Shown: one piece after another, positions 1 to 9,200 of the stretch
Numbering within the stretch: position 1 is the first letter of the stretch
Layout of the letters: each line of letters starts with the position of its first letter
Source of the DNA: Phycisphaerae bacterium
GTDB taxonomy: Bacteria > Planctomycetota > Phycisphaerae > Phycisphaerales > SM1A02
Direction of reading: 5' to 3'
NCBI GenBank assembly: GCA_016873355.1
Contig: VGXK01000001.1
Span: 1 to 38,200 of the forward strand
Length of the DNA: 38,200 nucleotides
Notes under the pieces: model-generated
The model's input: only the letters and a program-made list of their open reading frames with translations
Told to the model about the DNA's origin: nothing
The model's database searches: none
Made by a program: the position numbers and the translations under genes

Positions 1-995
1 CGGATGAGGATCAGGGCACGGTCGTCGGCAGCATGTCGGGAAGCCTCTCCGTGAGCGATCGCTTCGCGCGGCGCGCCCCGGAAGGCGCCACGGCCGCGCC
101 GGCCGGCAAGGCGCTCGCCACGCCCGCGGTGCGACGCATCGCGCGGGAGATGAAGGTCGACATTGCGCGCGTGCCGCCGAGCGGACGCGGCGGGCGCGTG
201 ACGGCGAGCGATGTCGCGGCGTTCGCGGGCGGCGCGGGAACGGCGACGCTCGGCGGCGGTCCGCGCCTTGCCCCCGTTCCCAAGGATCTTCCGCCGGTCG
301 ACGCCGACGGCGTCTCGCAGCGCATTCCCTTCCGCGGCGTGCGCCGCAAGATCGCCGAAGCGCTCGATCGTTCCGTGCGCACCGCCGTTCACTTCACCGC
401 CACCGACGACGCGGACGTCACGGAGCTCGAGTCGAAGCGCCGCGAGTATTCGCGCGTCATCGGCCAGAAGCTCTCGATGCTGCCGTTCGTGATGGCGGCG
501 GTCTGCCGCGGACTGCGGCATCACCCGTCGATGAACTCGAACGTGGACGACGCGAACGCGATGATCCTCGTCAAGGGCGTGATCAATCTCGGCATCGCCG
601 TCGACACGGATGCGGGGCTCATGGTGCCGGTCGTTCGCAACGCCGATCGACTTTCGATCGTCGATCTCGGCGAGAGCGTGAGGTCGCTCGCCGCGCGCTG
701 CCGCGATCGCTCGATCACGCGCGAGGAGAGCCTCGGCGGGACCTTCACGATCTCGAACGTGGGCAGCTACGGCGCCATGTACGCCACCCCGATCATCAAC
801 TATCCCGAGGTCGGAATCCTCGCCGTCGGCCGCGCCAAGGAGCGCGTGCTCGTCAAGGACGGCCGCTTCTACGCGGGGTGGTCGCTGCCGCTCTCGATCT
901 CGTGCGATCACCGCGTGGTCGACGGCGCCGAGGCGGCTCGCTTCCTGAACACGGTGGTGCGACTGCTCGAGAGTCCGGTCGATCTGCTCGGCTGA
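1..995 (+). CDS. 2-oxoacid dehydrogenase E2, dihydrolipoamide acyltransferase (5'-truncated by window edge)
   Basis: E3-binding motif PAVRRIAREMKVDIARVPPSGRGGRV, catalytic DHRVVDG and GGTFTISNVG. Frame is open back to position 3, so the lipoyl domain lies upstream of the window. Confidence 0.93.
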   Translation, partial: DEDQGTVVGSMSGSLSVSDRFARRAPEGATAAPAGKALATPAVRRIAREMKVDIARVPPSGRGGRVTASDVAAFAGGAGTATLGGGPRLAPVPKDLPPVDADGVSQRIPFRGVRRKIAEALDRSVRTAVHFTATDDADVTELESKRREYSRVIGQKLSMLPFVMAAVCRGLRHHPSMNSNVDDANAMILVKGVINLGIAVDTDAGLMVPVVRNADRLSIVDLGESVRSLAARCRDRSITREESLGGTFTISNVGSYGAMYATPIINYPEVGILAVGRAKERVLVKDGRFYAGWSLPLSISCDHRVVDGAEAARFLNTVVRLLESPVDLLG

Positions 996-1623
996 CGCGC
1001 ACAATCGCGCGCGAGCGCACCCGGCATCGATCGACGACTTGCGTTGCACGGCGCGCATCGCTCGCTGCAGCGCTTGCTCGGCCTCCAGCATCCGTTCGAG
1101 CCGCTCGATCTTCTCGCGGAACGAGAGCTTCATGAACTCGCGGTGCTGGTGGAGGCGCAGGCCGTCGAAGGTCGTGAGCTTCCCGTCGGCTTCGTCCGCG
1201 CCGTCGTCGGCTGCCGCGTCGCGGCCCTGGAGAACGGCTTCGCCGCCGACTTGAAGGAGGGCTTGCCGATGCGATTGCCGGACGACGCCCGAGTCACGTC
1301 CGTGATTCGCCTTGGAGTGCGGCGAGAGCGGCCCGCCCGCACGACGGACCTGCGCTCGGCGGCATTTCGTCCGTCAAACCCGCCGATTCTCGGCCAAGCG
1401 CGTCGCTCGCGGCGGCGGTGGCGAGGCGGCTCGGGCCCGGGCGGCGCGGCTCCTGCCGGGAGCGGCGGCACCGGCCATGTGGGGTGCGGTTGGACGCTCC
1501 GTTCGAGTGCCGCTCATCCCTTCGCGCCGAACCGCCGATGGTGCGGTCGAGTACCCTGCTTCCCCGCAATCGGAGGGGGCGAAACGCCCCTTTCCTACGA
1601 GCCTCGACCGCCACGGAGAACCC

Positions 1624-3051
1624 ATGAGCCCCGCGACCGCGACCCGCAATTCGAAGAAGCGCTCGAGCACCAGGACGACCTCGCGCGCGAGCGCCCCAGC
1701 CGCCCGCATGAGCCCGGCCGCGAGCGCGCTCATGAAGAAGCTCGTCAATCGCACCGCCACGATCGGCGTCGTCGGACTCGGCTATGTCGGACTCCCGCTC
1801 ATCCGCGCCATCCGCGACGGCGGCTTCCCCGTCATCGGCTACGACATCGATCAGCGCAAGATCGATGATCTCGAAGCGGGCCGCGCGTACATCCAGCATC
1901 TCGGGCCGCGCTTCTTCAAGGATCTCTCGAAGGACAGGAAGTTCCGCCCCACGGCGAATCCGCGCCTGCTCGAGGAGGCCGACGCGATCCTGCTCTGCGT
2001 GCCCACGCCGCTCGGCAAGCATCGCGAGCCCGATCTCTCCTTCGTGCTGAACTCGACGCGCATGGTTTCGGAGGTGCTGCGCGAGGGTCAGCTCATCGTG
2101 CTCGAGAGCACGACCTATCCCGGCACCACGCGCGATGAAATGCTGCCGATCCTCGAGCACAGCCCGCGCGGTCGCCAGCTCGAGCACGGCAACGATTACT
2201 TCCTGGCGTTCAGCCCCGAGCGCGAGGATCCGGGCTCGATCGGCCGCACCGCCGCCGTCATTCCCAAGCTCGTCGGCGGTCTCGATCCCGTCGCCACCGA
2301 TCTCGCCATGGCCCTCTACAGCCGCGTGGTGAAGACCGCGCATCGCGTGACGAGCGCCGAGGTCGCCGAGAGCGCGAAGCTTCTCGAGAACATCTTCCGC
2401 GCCGTGAACATCGCGCTCGTGAACGAGATGAAGACGGTGCTCGCCGAGATGAACATCGACGTGTGGGAGGTGATCGCCGCGGCGAGCACGAAGCCGTTCG
2501 GCTTCATGCCCTTCTATCCGGGCCCGGGACTCGGCGGCCACTGCATCCCGCTCGATCCCTTCTACCTCTCGTGGAAGGCGCGCGAAGTCGGACGCACCAC
2601 GCGCTTCATCGAGCTCGCCGGCGAAGTGAACAGCGCCATGCCGCACTACGTGATCGAGCGCGTGCAGCACGCGCTGAACGACGACGGCAAGAGCCTCTCG
2701 GGCTCCAAGGTGCTCGTGATGGGCATCGCGTACAAGAAGAACATCGACGACAGCCGCGAGAGTCCGGCGGCGGAGATCATCGAGCTCCTGCGCGATCGCG
2801 GCGCCGTCGTGAGCTACCACGATCCGCATCTGCCGCACTTCCCCTCGATGCGCAAGCACCGCATCGATCTCAAGAGCAAGCCGCTCAACGCCGGCACGCT
2901 CCGTTCGCAGGACTGCGTGCTCATCGTCACCGATCACGACGCGGTCGACTACGACCTCGTGGGATCGGCGTCGAAGCTCGTCGTCGACACCCGCAACGCG
3001 ATGGAGCGGGTTCCGCCGAAGAGGGTGAAGGCGCGCCTCGTGAAGGCCTGA
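1624..3051 (+). CDS. Nucleotide-sugar dehydrogenase (UDP-GlcNAc 6-dehydrogenase, WbpA/WecC/TviB family)
   Basis: Rossmann GVVGLGYVGLP, CVPTP, LESTTYPGTT, FSPER, KLLENIFRAVNIA, catalytic GLGGHCIP and DSRESP. GGAGAA RBS before ATG 1624; alternative ATG at 1708. Confidence 0.93.
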   Translation: MSPATATRNSKKRSSTRTTSRASAPAARMSPAASALMKKLVNRTATIGVVGLGYVGLPLIRAIRDGGFPVIGYDIDQRKIDDLEAGRAYIQHLGPRFFKDLSKDRKFRPTANPRLLEEADAILLCVPTPLGKHREPDLSFVLNSTRMVSEVLREGQLIVLESTTYPGTTRDEMLPILEHSPRGRQLEHGNDYFLAFSPEREDPGSIGRTAAVIPKLVGGLDPVATDLAMALYSRVVKTAHRVTSAEVAESAKLLENIFRAVNIALVNEMKTVLAEMNIDVWEVIAAASTKPFGFMPFYPGPGLGGHCIPLDPFYLSWKAREVGRTTRFIELAGEVNSAMPHYVIERVQHALNDDGKSLSGSKVLVMGIAYKKNIDDSRESPAAEIIELLRDRGAVVSYHDPHLPHFPSMRKHRIDLKSKPLNAGTLRSQDCVLIVTDHDAVDYDLVGSASKLVVDTRNAMERVPPKRVKARLVKA

Positions 3052-3129
3052 TCCGGCGCCGGCGCTCGGGGGCGCGCCTTTCGACGCGGCGGAATCGCGT
3101 GGGCGCTTGTGGCGCTCCCGGCAGGGGCG

Positions 3130-3135
3130 TATCCT
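3130..3135 (+). promoter_or_regulatory. Putative -10 box (TATCCT) of a leaderless transcript
   Basis: TANNNT 7 nt before ATG 3143, with no SD in the spacer. Confidence 0.45.
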
Positions 3136-3142
3136 TCGCGGC

Positions 3143-3475
3143 ATGCGAAGCAAGGCGAATCGTTCCCTTCCGGCGACCCGCCTCGGCGCGGGCGTCGTCG
3201 GCGCGGTCGCGGCGCTCGGCGTGGCGAGCGCGTTCGCGGCCACCGCGTCGGCCGATCCGCAGGGCCAGGCGACCGTGCTCTCGCCCAACTCTGAAGGCGG
3301 GAAGGGCGGCGACCAGACCGCGGCCGGCGAGGCCAAGACGCCGAAGAAGCCCGACACGCCGCTCGACAACACCTGGCTCGCGCCGCCGCTTCCCGGCTAC
3401 GTGCTCATGTTCGTGCTCGGCGGCGCGGTCGTGGCGCTGAACCTCTGGTCGAGCAAGCGCACCCAACTCGACTGA
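3143..3475 (+). CDS. Small exported protein with signal peptide and C-terminal TM anchor
   Basis: Signal-like N-terminus ending ATASA-D, polar linker, hydrophobic GYVLMFVLGGAVVALNLW, then charged tail SSKRTQLD. Confidence 0.7.
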   Translation: MRSKANRSLPATRLGAGVVGAVAALGVASAFAATASADPQGQATVLSPNSEGGKGGDQTAAGEAKTPKKPDTPLDNTWLAPPLPGYVLMFVLGGAVVALNLWSSKRTQLD

Positions 3476-3518
3476 CGCGCGGCGCGATCCGACGAATCAA
3501 CCCTTCGAGGAGTTCCTC

Positions 3519-3815
3519 ATGAAGCAACGACGCACCGCACTGCACGGACTTGTCGTGCTCAACGCGCTGCTGCTCGGAGCGCTCGCCTACGTGACGTTCA
3601 ACCCGACGGCGAACGCACAGGCTCGGCGCAACGGCCTCTACACGATCGTCGGCGGAACGGTGAACGGTCAGCCCGCCGGCGTGGCGTACATCGTGGACGA
3701 AGTGAACCAGGAGATGGTCGCCATCTCGTGGAACGAGCCGAATCGCATTCTCACCGGTCTCGGCTACGCGAATCTCGCCACCGATGCGCAGCGTGCCGCG
3801 GCGTCCCGCCCCTGA
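3519..3815 (+). CDS. Small hypothetical membrane/secreted protein (98 aa)
   Basis: GAGGAG RBS, N-terminal TM/signal ending ANA-Q, short beta-rich domain (AYIVDE), GC3-biased codons. Confidence 0.8.
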   Translation: MKQRRTALHGLVVLNALLLGALAYVTFNPTANAQARRNGLYTIVGGTVNGQPAGVAYIVDEVNQEMVAISWNEPNRILTGLGYANLATDAQRAAASRP

Positions 3816-3831
3816 ATCGGAGGAACACGCC

Positions 3832-4149
3832 ATGACGCAACGCTCCAGCAAGATCGGAACCTCGATTCTCGGCGCAAGCGCCTTCGTGCTCGCCGCGCTC
3901 ACGATCATCCAGGCGGGCAAGCCTCCCGCGTTCGCGGAGACGGCCAACAGCGGCGGATTCGGGTACAGCGTGGCCACGATCCGCAGCGGCCAGGGTCCGA
4001 ACGAGCGCCCGTACGAGCTCGTCTACGTGGTCGACAGCCGCGGCGAGACGCTCTTCATCTACTACATCGAGAACTCGACCGGGCAGCGCATGCAGCTGCG
4101 CCAGGCGCTCTCGCTGCCGGCGCTCTTCCGGCAGGCGCGCGGAGGATGA
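3832..4149 (+). CDS. Small hypothetical membrane/secreted protein (105 aa), probable paralog of 3519-3815
   Basis: GGAGGA RBS, N-terminal hydrophobic segment ending AFA-E, VYVVDS motif. Confidence 0.8.
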   Translation: MTQRSSKIGTSILGASAFVLAALTIIQAGKPPAFAETANSGGFGYSVATIRSGQGPNERPYELVYVVDSRGETLFIYYIENSTGQRMQLRQALSLPALFRQARGG

Positions 4150-4152
4150 GTC

Positions 4153-5145
4153 GTGCGCGACGGCGACCGCAACGGCAGCGCGGCGGCGACGGCGCCGTCG
4201 ACCGTTCGGGTCGCTGACTCCTTCGCGGGGCCGCTCTCGCCGCCCGTCGACGCGGTGATGGCGGCGCGTCGCGCCGCGTACTTCACCACGCGAAGCATCA
4301 AGACCGACTCGAAGCGCCAGGGTCTGCGCCTGGCGCTGTCGATGGTGGACCTCACCACGCTCGAAGGCAAGGACACGCCGGAGAAGGTCCGCGCGCTCTG
4401 CCGCAAGGCGATCCGTCCCTACGAGGGCGAGATCTCGCCCCCGGTTCCGAGCGTGGCCGCGGTGTGCGTCTATCCGAATCTCGTGCCGGTGGCGAAGGAG
4501 ACGCTGCGCGGAAGTCCCGTGAAGGTCGCGGCGGTGGCGACGGGATTCCCGAGCGGCCAGTATCCGCTCGAAGTTCGCCTGGCCGATGTTCGCGCCGCGG
4601 TTTCCGACGGCGCCGACGAGATCGACATGGTGATCAATCGCGGCGCGTTCCTCTCCGGGAAGTACGGCGTCGTCGCGGACGAGATTCGGCGCACGCGCGA
4701 GGCGTGCGGCGCCGCGCACCTCAAGATCATTCTCGAAACGGGCGAACTCGAGACGCTCGACCTGGTGCGACGCGCGAGCGATCTGGCGATTCACGCGGCG
4801 GCGTTGGCGGGGCCGGTTCGAGACGGTGAAGTGTTCATCAAGACCTCGACCGGCAAGGTCACGCCCGCGGCGACCATGCCCGTGACGCTCGTCATGCTCG
4901 AAGCGATCCGCGATCACTTCCTGCGGCACGGCGTGCGCATCGGCATGAAGCCGGCCGGCGGCATCCGCGCGGCGAAGCAGGCGCTCCACTACCTGGTGAT
5001 GGTGAAGGAGACGCTCGGCGAGGCGTGGCTGACGCCCGATCTCTTCCGATTCGGCGCGAGCGCGCTGGCGAACGACCTGCTGCGGCAGATCGTCAGGCTC
5101 GAGCGCGGCGTCTACATGGCCGGCACGGATTTCAGCGAGGCGTAG
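4153..5145 (+). CDS. deoC: Deoxyribose-phosphate aldolase
   Basis: VDLTTLEG, AAVCVYP, ATGFPSG, GADEIDMV, Schiff-base LKIILETGEL, FIKTSTGK, KPAGGIR, FRFGAS. Start codon uncertain. Confidence 0.95.
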   Translation: MRDGDRNGSAAATAPSTVRVADSFAGPLSPPVDAVMAARRAAYFTTRSIKTDSKRQGLRLALSMVDLTTLEGKDTPEKVRALCRKAIRPYEGEISPPVPSVAAVCVYPNLVPVAKETLRGSPVKVAAVATGFPSGQYPLEVRLADVRAAVSDGADEIDMVINRGAFLSGKYGVVADEIRRTREACGAAHLKIILETGELETLDLVRRASDLAIHAAALAGPVRDGEVFIKTSTGKVTPAATMPVTLVMLEAIRDHFLRHGVRIGMKPAGGIRAAKQALHYLVMVKETLGEAWLTPDLFRFGASALANDLLRQIVRLERGVYMAGTDFSEA

Positions 5146-5184
5146 CGGGCGCCTGCGGCGATGGGGGCTGCGACCGCGGCGCGC

Positions 5185-5346
5185 CTAGAGCGGTTCCTCC
5201 TCAATCGTAGCGATCTGGCGGGCTGCGACTTCGTGTGGCATCGTCGGGCTCCATCGGCGGATCCTCAAGATCCGCCTGCTTCGCCCTCCTTGCCACACTC
5301 GTCTCGCCAACGCCAGCTCGCTACGCCTGAGTCGTCACCGCTCTAG
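5185..5346. repeat. 162-bp rod-like palindromic element (MITE/REP/RPE-like) with 10-bp terminal inverted repeats
   Basis: CTAGAGCGGT (5185-5194) pairs with ACCGCTCTAG (5337-5346). Nested stems: CGTAGCGA/TCGCTACG, CTGGCG/CGCCAG, GTGTGGCA/TGCCACAC and GGCGGATC-ctcaa-GATCCGCC. Confidence 0.8.
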
Positions 5347-6258
5347 CGAACCATCGGACGGCGCGCTCGGTGTTGCGCTCGGCGTCGCGCCGCGGGTCGC
5401 CTTCGGCTTCGAGCTCGGCGCCGCGCTCGAATCGAGGCCCGCCGCCCAGAGGATTCCGCCGAGCAGATGCTCGCGGAAGAGCGGCTCGGAGAAGCTCTCC
5501 TTCGTGTGGCCGCCGCCCGTGTACCAAGAGCGGCCGCCGTCGAACTCGTGGTACCACGCGATCGGATGATCGGCGCCCATCGTGGCCGGCGCCGGTTCGT
5601 AGGTCGATTCGTCGAGCGACATGAGCACGCGGATTCCTTCGGTGCCGCGCGGATTCGATCGGAACGAGTACCACTCGTCGGTGCGCATCCAGCGTTCCGG
5701 AAGCATGCGCGTGCTCGCGTGATCGCGGACCTCCACGGTCTGCGTCGCAGACTGCACCGGCGGATGCGTCTGGAAGTACGCGCCGACGAGCTTGCCGTAC
5801 CAGGGCCACTCGTACTCGGTGTCGGACGCGGCATGAATCCCCGCATAGCCGCCGCCGGCGCGGATGTATCGCTCGAAGGCCGCTTGCTGCTCGTCGTTCA
5901 GGACTTCGCCGGAGGTCGAAAGCCAGACGACGGCGCGGTACCGCGTCAGGTTGTCGTCGGTGAACGCGGCGGCGTCTTCCGTCGCGTCGATCTCGAACGC
6001 GCCCGCGCCGATCTCGCGCACGGCGCGGATGCCGTCGGGAATCGAGTCGTGCCGGAAGGCCGCCGTCTTGGTGAAGACGAGCACGCGCGGCAGTGGCGCC
6101 GGCGCCGAATCGCCCTTCGGCTGCGGCGGCGCCGATTTCGGGGCCGGCGCAGCGCCCTGGGACGACGCGGCCGCCGGTCCCTGCCCGAGGCGGAGGCCGA
6201 CGGCCGCGATCATCATCAGAACGAACGCCGTGATCATCAACGGGCGCGAGCCGATCAT
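5335..6258 (-). CDS. ThuA-domain (class I glutamine amidotransferase-like) secreted protein
   Basis: RVLVFTKTAAFRHDSI, GGGYAGIHAASD, WPWYGKLVG, DEWY, DHPIAW, GRSWYTGGGH; N-terminal signal/TM. Confidence 0.92.
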   Translation of the reverse strand: MIGSRPLMITAFVLMMIAAVGLRLGQGPAAASSQGAAPAPKSAPPQPKGDSAPAPLPRVLVFTKTAAFRHDSIPDGIRAVREIGAGAFEIDATEDAAAFTDDNLTRYRAVVWLSTSGEVLNDEQQAAFERYIRAGGGYAGIHAASDTEYEWPWYGKLVGAYFQTHPPVQSATQTVEVRDHASTRMLPERWMRTDEWYSFRSNPRGTEGIRVLMSLDESTYEPAPATMGADHPIAWYHEFDGGRSWYTGGGHTKESFSEPLFREHLLGGILWAAGLDSSAAPSSKPKATRGATPSATPSAPSDGSLER

Positions 6259-6264
6259 GCCCGC

Positions 6265-6270
6265 AGGCTA
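6265..6270 (-). promoter_or_regulatory. Putative -10 box (TAGCCT) of a leaderless transcript
   Basis: TANNNT 6 nt before ATG 6258 on the minus strand. Confidence 0.45.
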
Positions 6271-6275
6271 CTCGG

Positions 6276-9200
6276 TCATGGTTGCGCCGGCATCGGATCC
6301 ACGCGAATCGTGGCGTCGAGCAGGCCGAGATCGACGAGCCGCACCCGTGGCAGGCGAACGATCGCCACGCCGCTCACCGACCCGTGCGACTCGATCGTCG
6401 CGTCGATCGATCGAAGCGACTTCTCGAGCGCCGAATCGACCGCGGTGAAGCGCGCGACCACGGGCATGGGTTCCTCGCTGCCCGATGCGGCGGAGACCGG
6501 CGTGTCCGCATCCGGCGGCGACGACGATGCCTGCGCCAGTTCCTCCTTCGCCGCAAGCGCCTCGAGACCGGCGATCAAGAGCGACGCCTCGAGTCGCGAC
6601 GAGAGCTTCGTGAGCGACGCTTGACTGTATCGATCCGCCGCCGCCCCTCGTTCCGCATCGACGATCGCACGATGCGCCCGCATCTTCATGAACTGCGACG
6701 CCTTCGCGAGAAGGTCCGGCTTCGCGCACACGATCATGAACTCGTCGCCGAGCACGCGGAGCAACGCCGTGCCGCCGTTGCTTCTCCACTCGCCCGAGTC
6801 GACCATCGTCGTGAGCCGCTCGACGAGCTCCTCGACGCGTCGACGAACGAGTTCCATGTCGGCGGACTCCGCTCCGGATGGCCTGACGAGCGGTCGCAGG
6901 TCCCAGATCACGATCGTTTCATCGCCGACGCCGATCGACACGGGCGCCGCCGGCGGCGGCGCGGCGATCATGCCTCGAAGCGAGTCGAACATGCTCCGCA
7001 TCGTCTCGGCGACCCGGGAGTCCGCGTCGGTGACGACGACCCCCCCGATCAATCGAGTCGATCGCTCGCCGCCGGTCTGCTGCCAGGTCTCGGGCTCGAT
7101 CGCCTCCGTCGCCGCCTCGAGCAGGTCGCATCGCGCGTCGAACTCGGCGCCGTCTTCGGCCTTGAACGAGCGAATGTCGATCAGCGAGACCGTTCGCGGG
7201 TCCATCGGCACTTCGCTTCGAGTCACGGCGCCGATCGGCGATCGACCGATCTTGGCGAGCGCCGCGACGAAGCGATCGACCTTGGCGAGCACCGCGGGCT
7301 GATGCACGATCGCGATGCGCCCCGCCGGCAGAATCCTCGAGGCGCCCGCCCCTCCGCCGTTCTCGATCCAGCTCTGGGGATCGATGGCGGACATGATGCC
7401 GACCTGGAGCTCGCTCGCGTACTGATCGTCGATCTCCTTCGAGCTCTCGGGATCGGCGTCGGCCGGCGTGCTTTCGATGCCGAGAATCGCCTTGGCGTCG
7501 AGAACCCGAAGCGCTCGACTCGGAGCCGGCGACTCGTCGACTCGCGAATTCGGTGCGAGGTCGTGCGCGTCGCCGGCAGCCGCGGCCTTCCCGTCGAGCA
7601 GCTCTCCGACGCCGTCGTTCTTCAGCCACTTCTCGACTTCGCCGCGAGTCTGCGCGTCGACCTCCTTCAACGACGCGTCCGAGACTGCCGCCGGCGGAGT
7701 CATCGCGTCCGTCGGAGCGACGCCGGCGCCATCCGAGCGATCGGTGCGTTCCGGCGAAGTCGGCTCGCGCTCGCGAGGCTTGTGCTCACCCGCGTGCGCC
7801 ACGCCGAACCGATAGCCGGCGCGTTCCGCGCGGGCGCTGGGTTCGCCGATGGGAACTCCGCCGCCACCCCCGAAGCCGCCGCCGCCGCCTCCGACAACCG
7901 GAGTGCCCATGCTCACTCCTCGCGATGGGGGTCGTGGAGCGCCGGTGCCTCCCCATCTCCGGAGTTCCTCTCCACCGACCTCGCCGGGTTTCGCCTGACC
8001 GGCCTTCCCGGCGAACTTCATTCGAAGCTCGGCCTTCTCCCCGCTCGGCGCCGACGGTCTCGTGGCTCCGCCCTGCGTCAGGCGGCTCGAATCGGCAAGG
8101 GACTTGGACAACCTGCCGAAATCGCGAGCGGACTTGTCCTCGAGCCTGCGGCCCGCAGTCTCCGCGGGTGCGACGATCGCCGGAGGACGAGGAGAAGCGA
8201 TCGGCTGCGATGCCGGCGGTGGCGGCGGCGGTGGCGGCGGCGCCGCTACCGCCGCACTGTTTGGCGCCGCGGGGGCTTCGTTGCCGCTCGCCGGCGGTGC
8301 CGCTCCCGTCGCCAATGCATTCGAGGAAGTGCCTTCCTTCAGTCCCGAGAGACGCAGCCGGTCGACTTCCGTCGCGGCGGGATGGTTGATCGTGTGAACG
8401 CCGGCCGCGGCGGGATCGTTGCTCGTGAAAACGCCGGTCGCGGCGGCTGGCGCCTGGAATCCGTAGGTGTCGGCCAGCATTCCGAGCTTGAAGTCGGGCG
8501 CCTTGTCGAAGTCCAGCGGCGTCGCCAATCCTCCCGCCATGTAGAGATGCACCTCGTTGCCTTCGTCGTCGGCCATCATCTGCGGCGGCGCGCGAAGCAC
8601 CTTGAGCACCTCGCCCGCACTGCCGAAGTTGCCCTCCCAGCTCACGCCCTGCGGCAACTCGATCGGCACGGCCACGAGCACGGATCGACCGCCCACCGTC
8701 ACGCGCGACTTCTCCACCGCCACGAAACTCGTGAACGGCGACATGATGCGATGCTGCTCCGCGAGCCGCACCACCATGTCCCGAATCGGCGCCGGCACGT
8801 TCTCGTTCTGAAGTTCGTTCAAGTGCGGACGCAGGATGTCGTCCACCTGGAGCCGCGCCCAGATCGGCGCCACGACGCTCGAGTTGCCGTCGCCGTCGGT
8901 GAAATCGACGGGAATCGTCCGCTCCCACGGTCCTTGCCCGGTCATGCCGCGCACGCGGATCGAGCCGCGTCCCGACGCCGGGTATCGCCCCGCGATCACG
9001 AGCGGCTCGCGATCGTAGAGATCGGGAATGGCATCGGCCGGCGGCGTGACATGCGCCGTCTCGACGCCGTCGAACGACACGGAGATGTCCGTGAGCACGG
9101 GCGTGCGAACGCGATCGCTGAAGCGCGCGACGACTTCCTCCGCGTCGCTCGGCAGCAGCACGAACTCGGCGGCGCCGCGTCCCGCCCGCGCCATCTCCGA

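Noticed and set aside
1044..1868. 274-aa plus-strand ORF and upstream extension of the dehydrogenase ORF (1312-1623)
   Set aside because: No motifs. The RBS supports ATG 1624, and the coding-like signal near 1040-1190 is on the minus strand.
5185..5346. Palindrome as a CRISPR repeat or simple rho-independent terminator
   Set aside because: Single unit with no spacers or cas genes; far longer than a terminator and lacks a U-tract.
8213..8245. GGC/GGT triplet run
   Set aside because: Encodes a poly-Pro linker in the VIT-vWA protein; ordinary low complexity.
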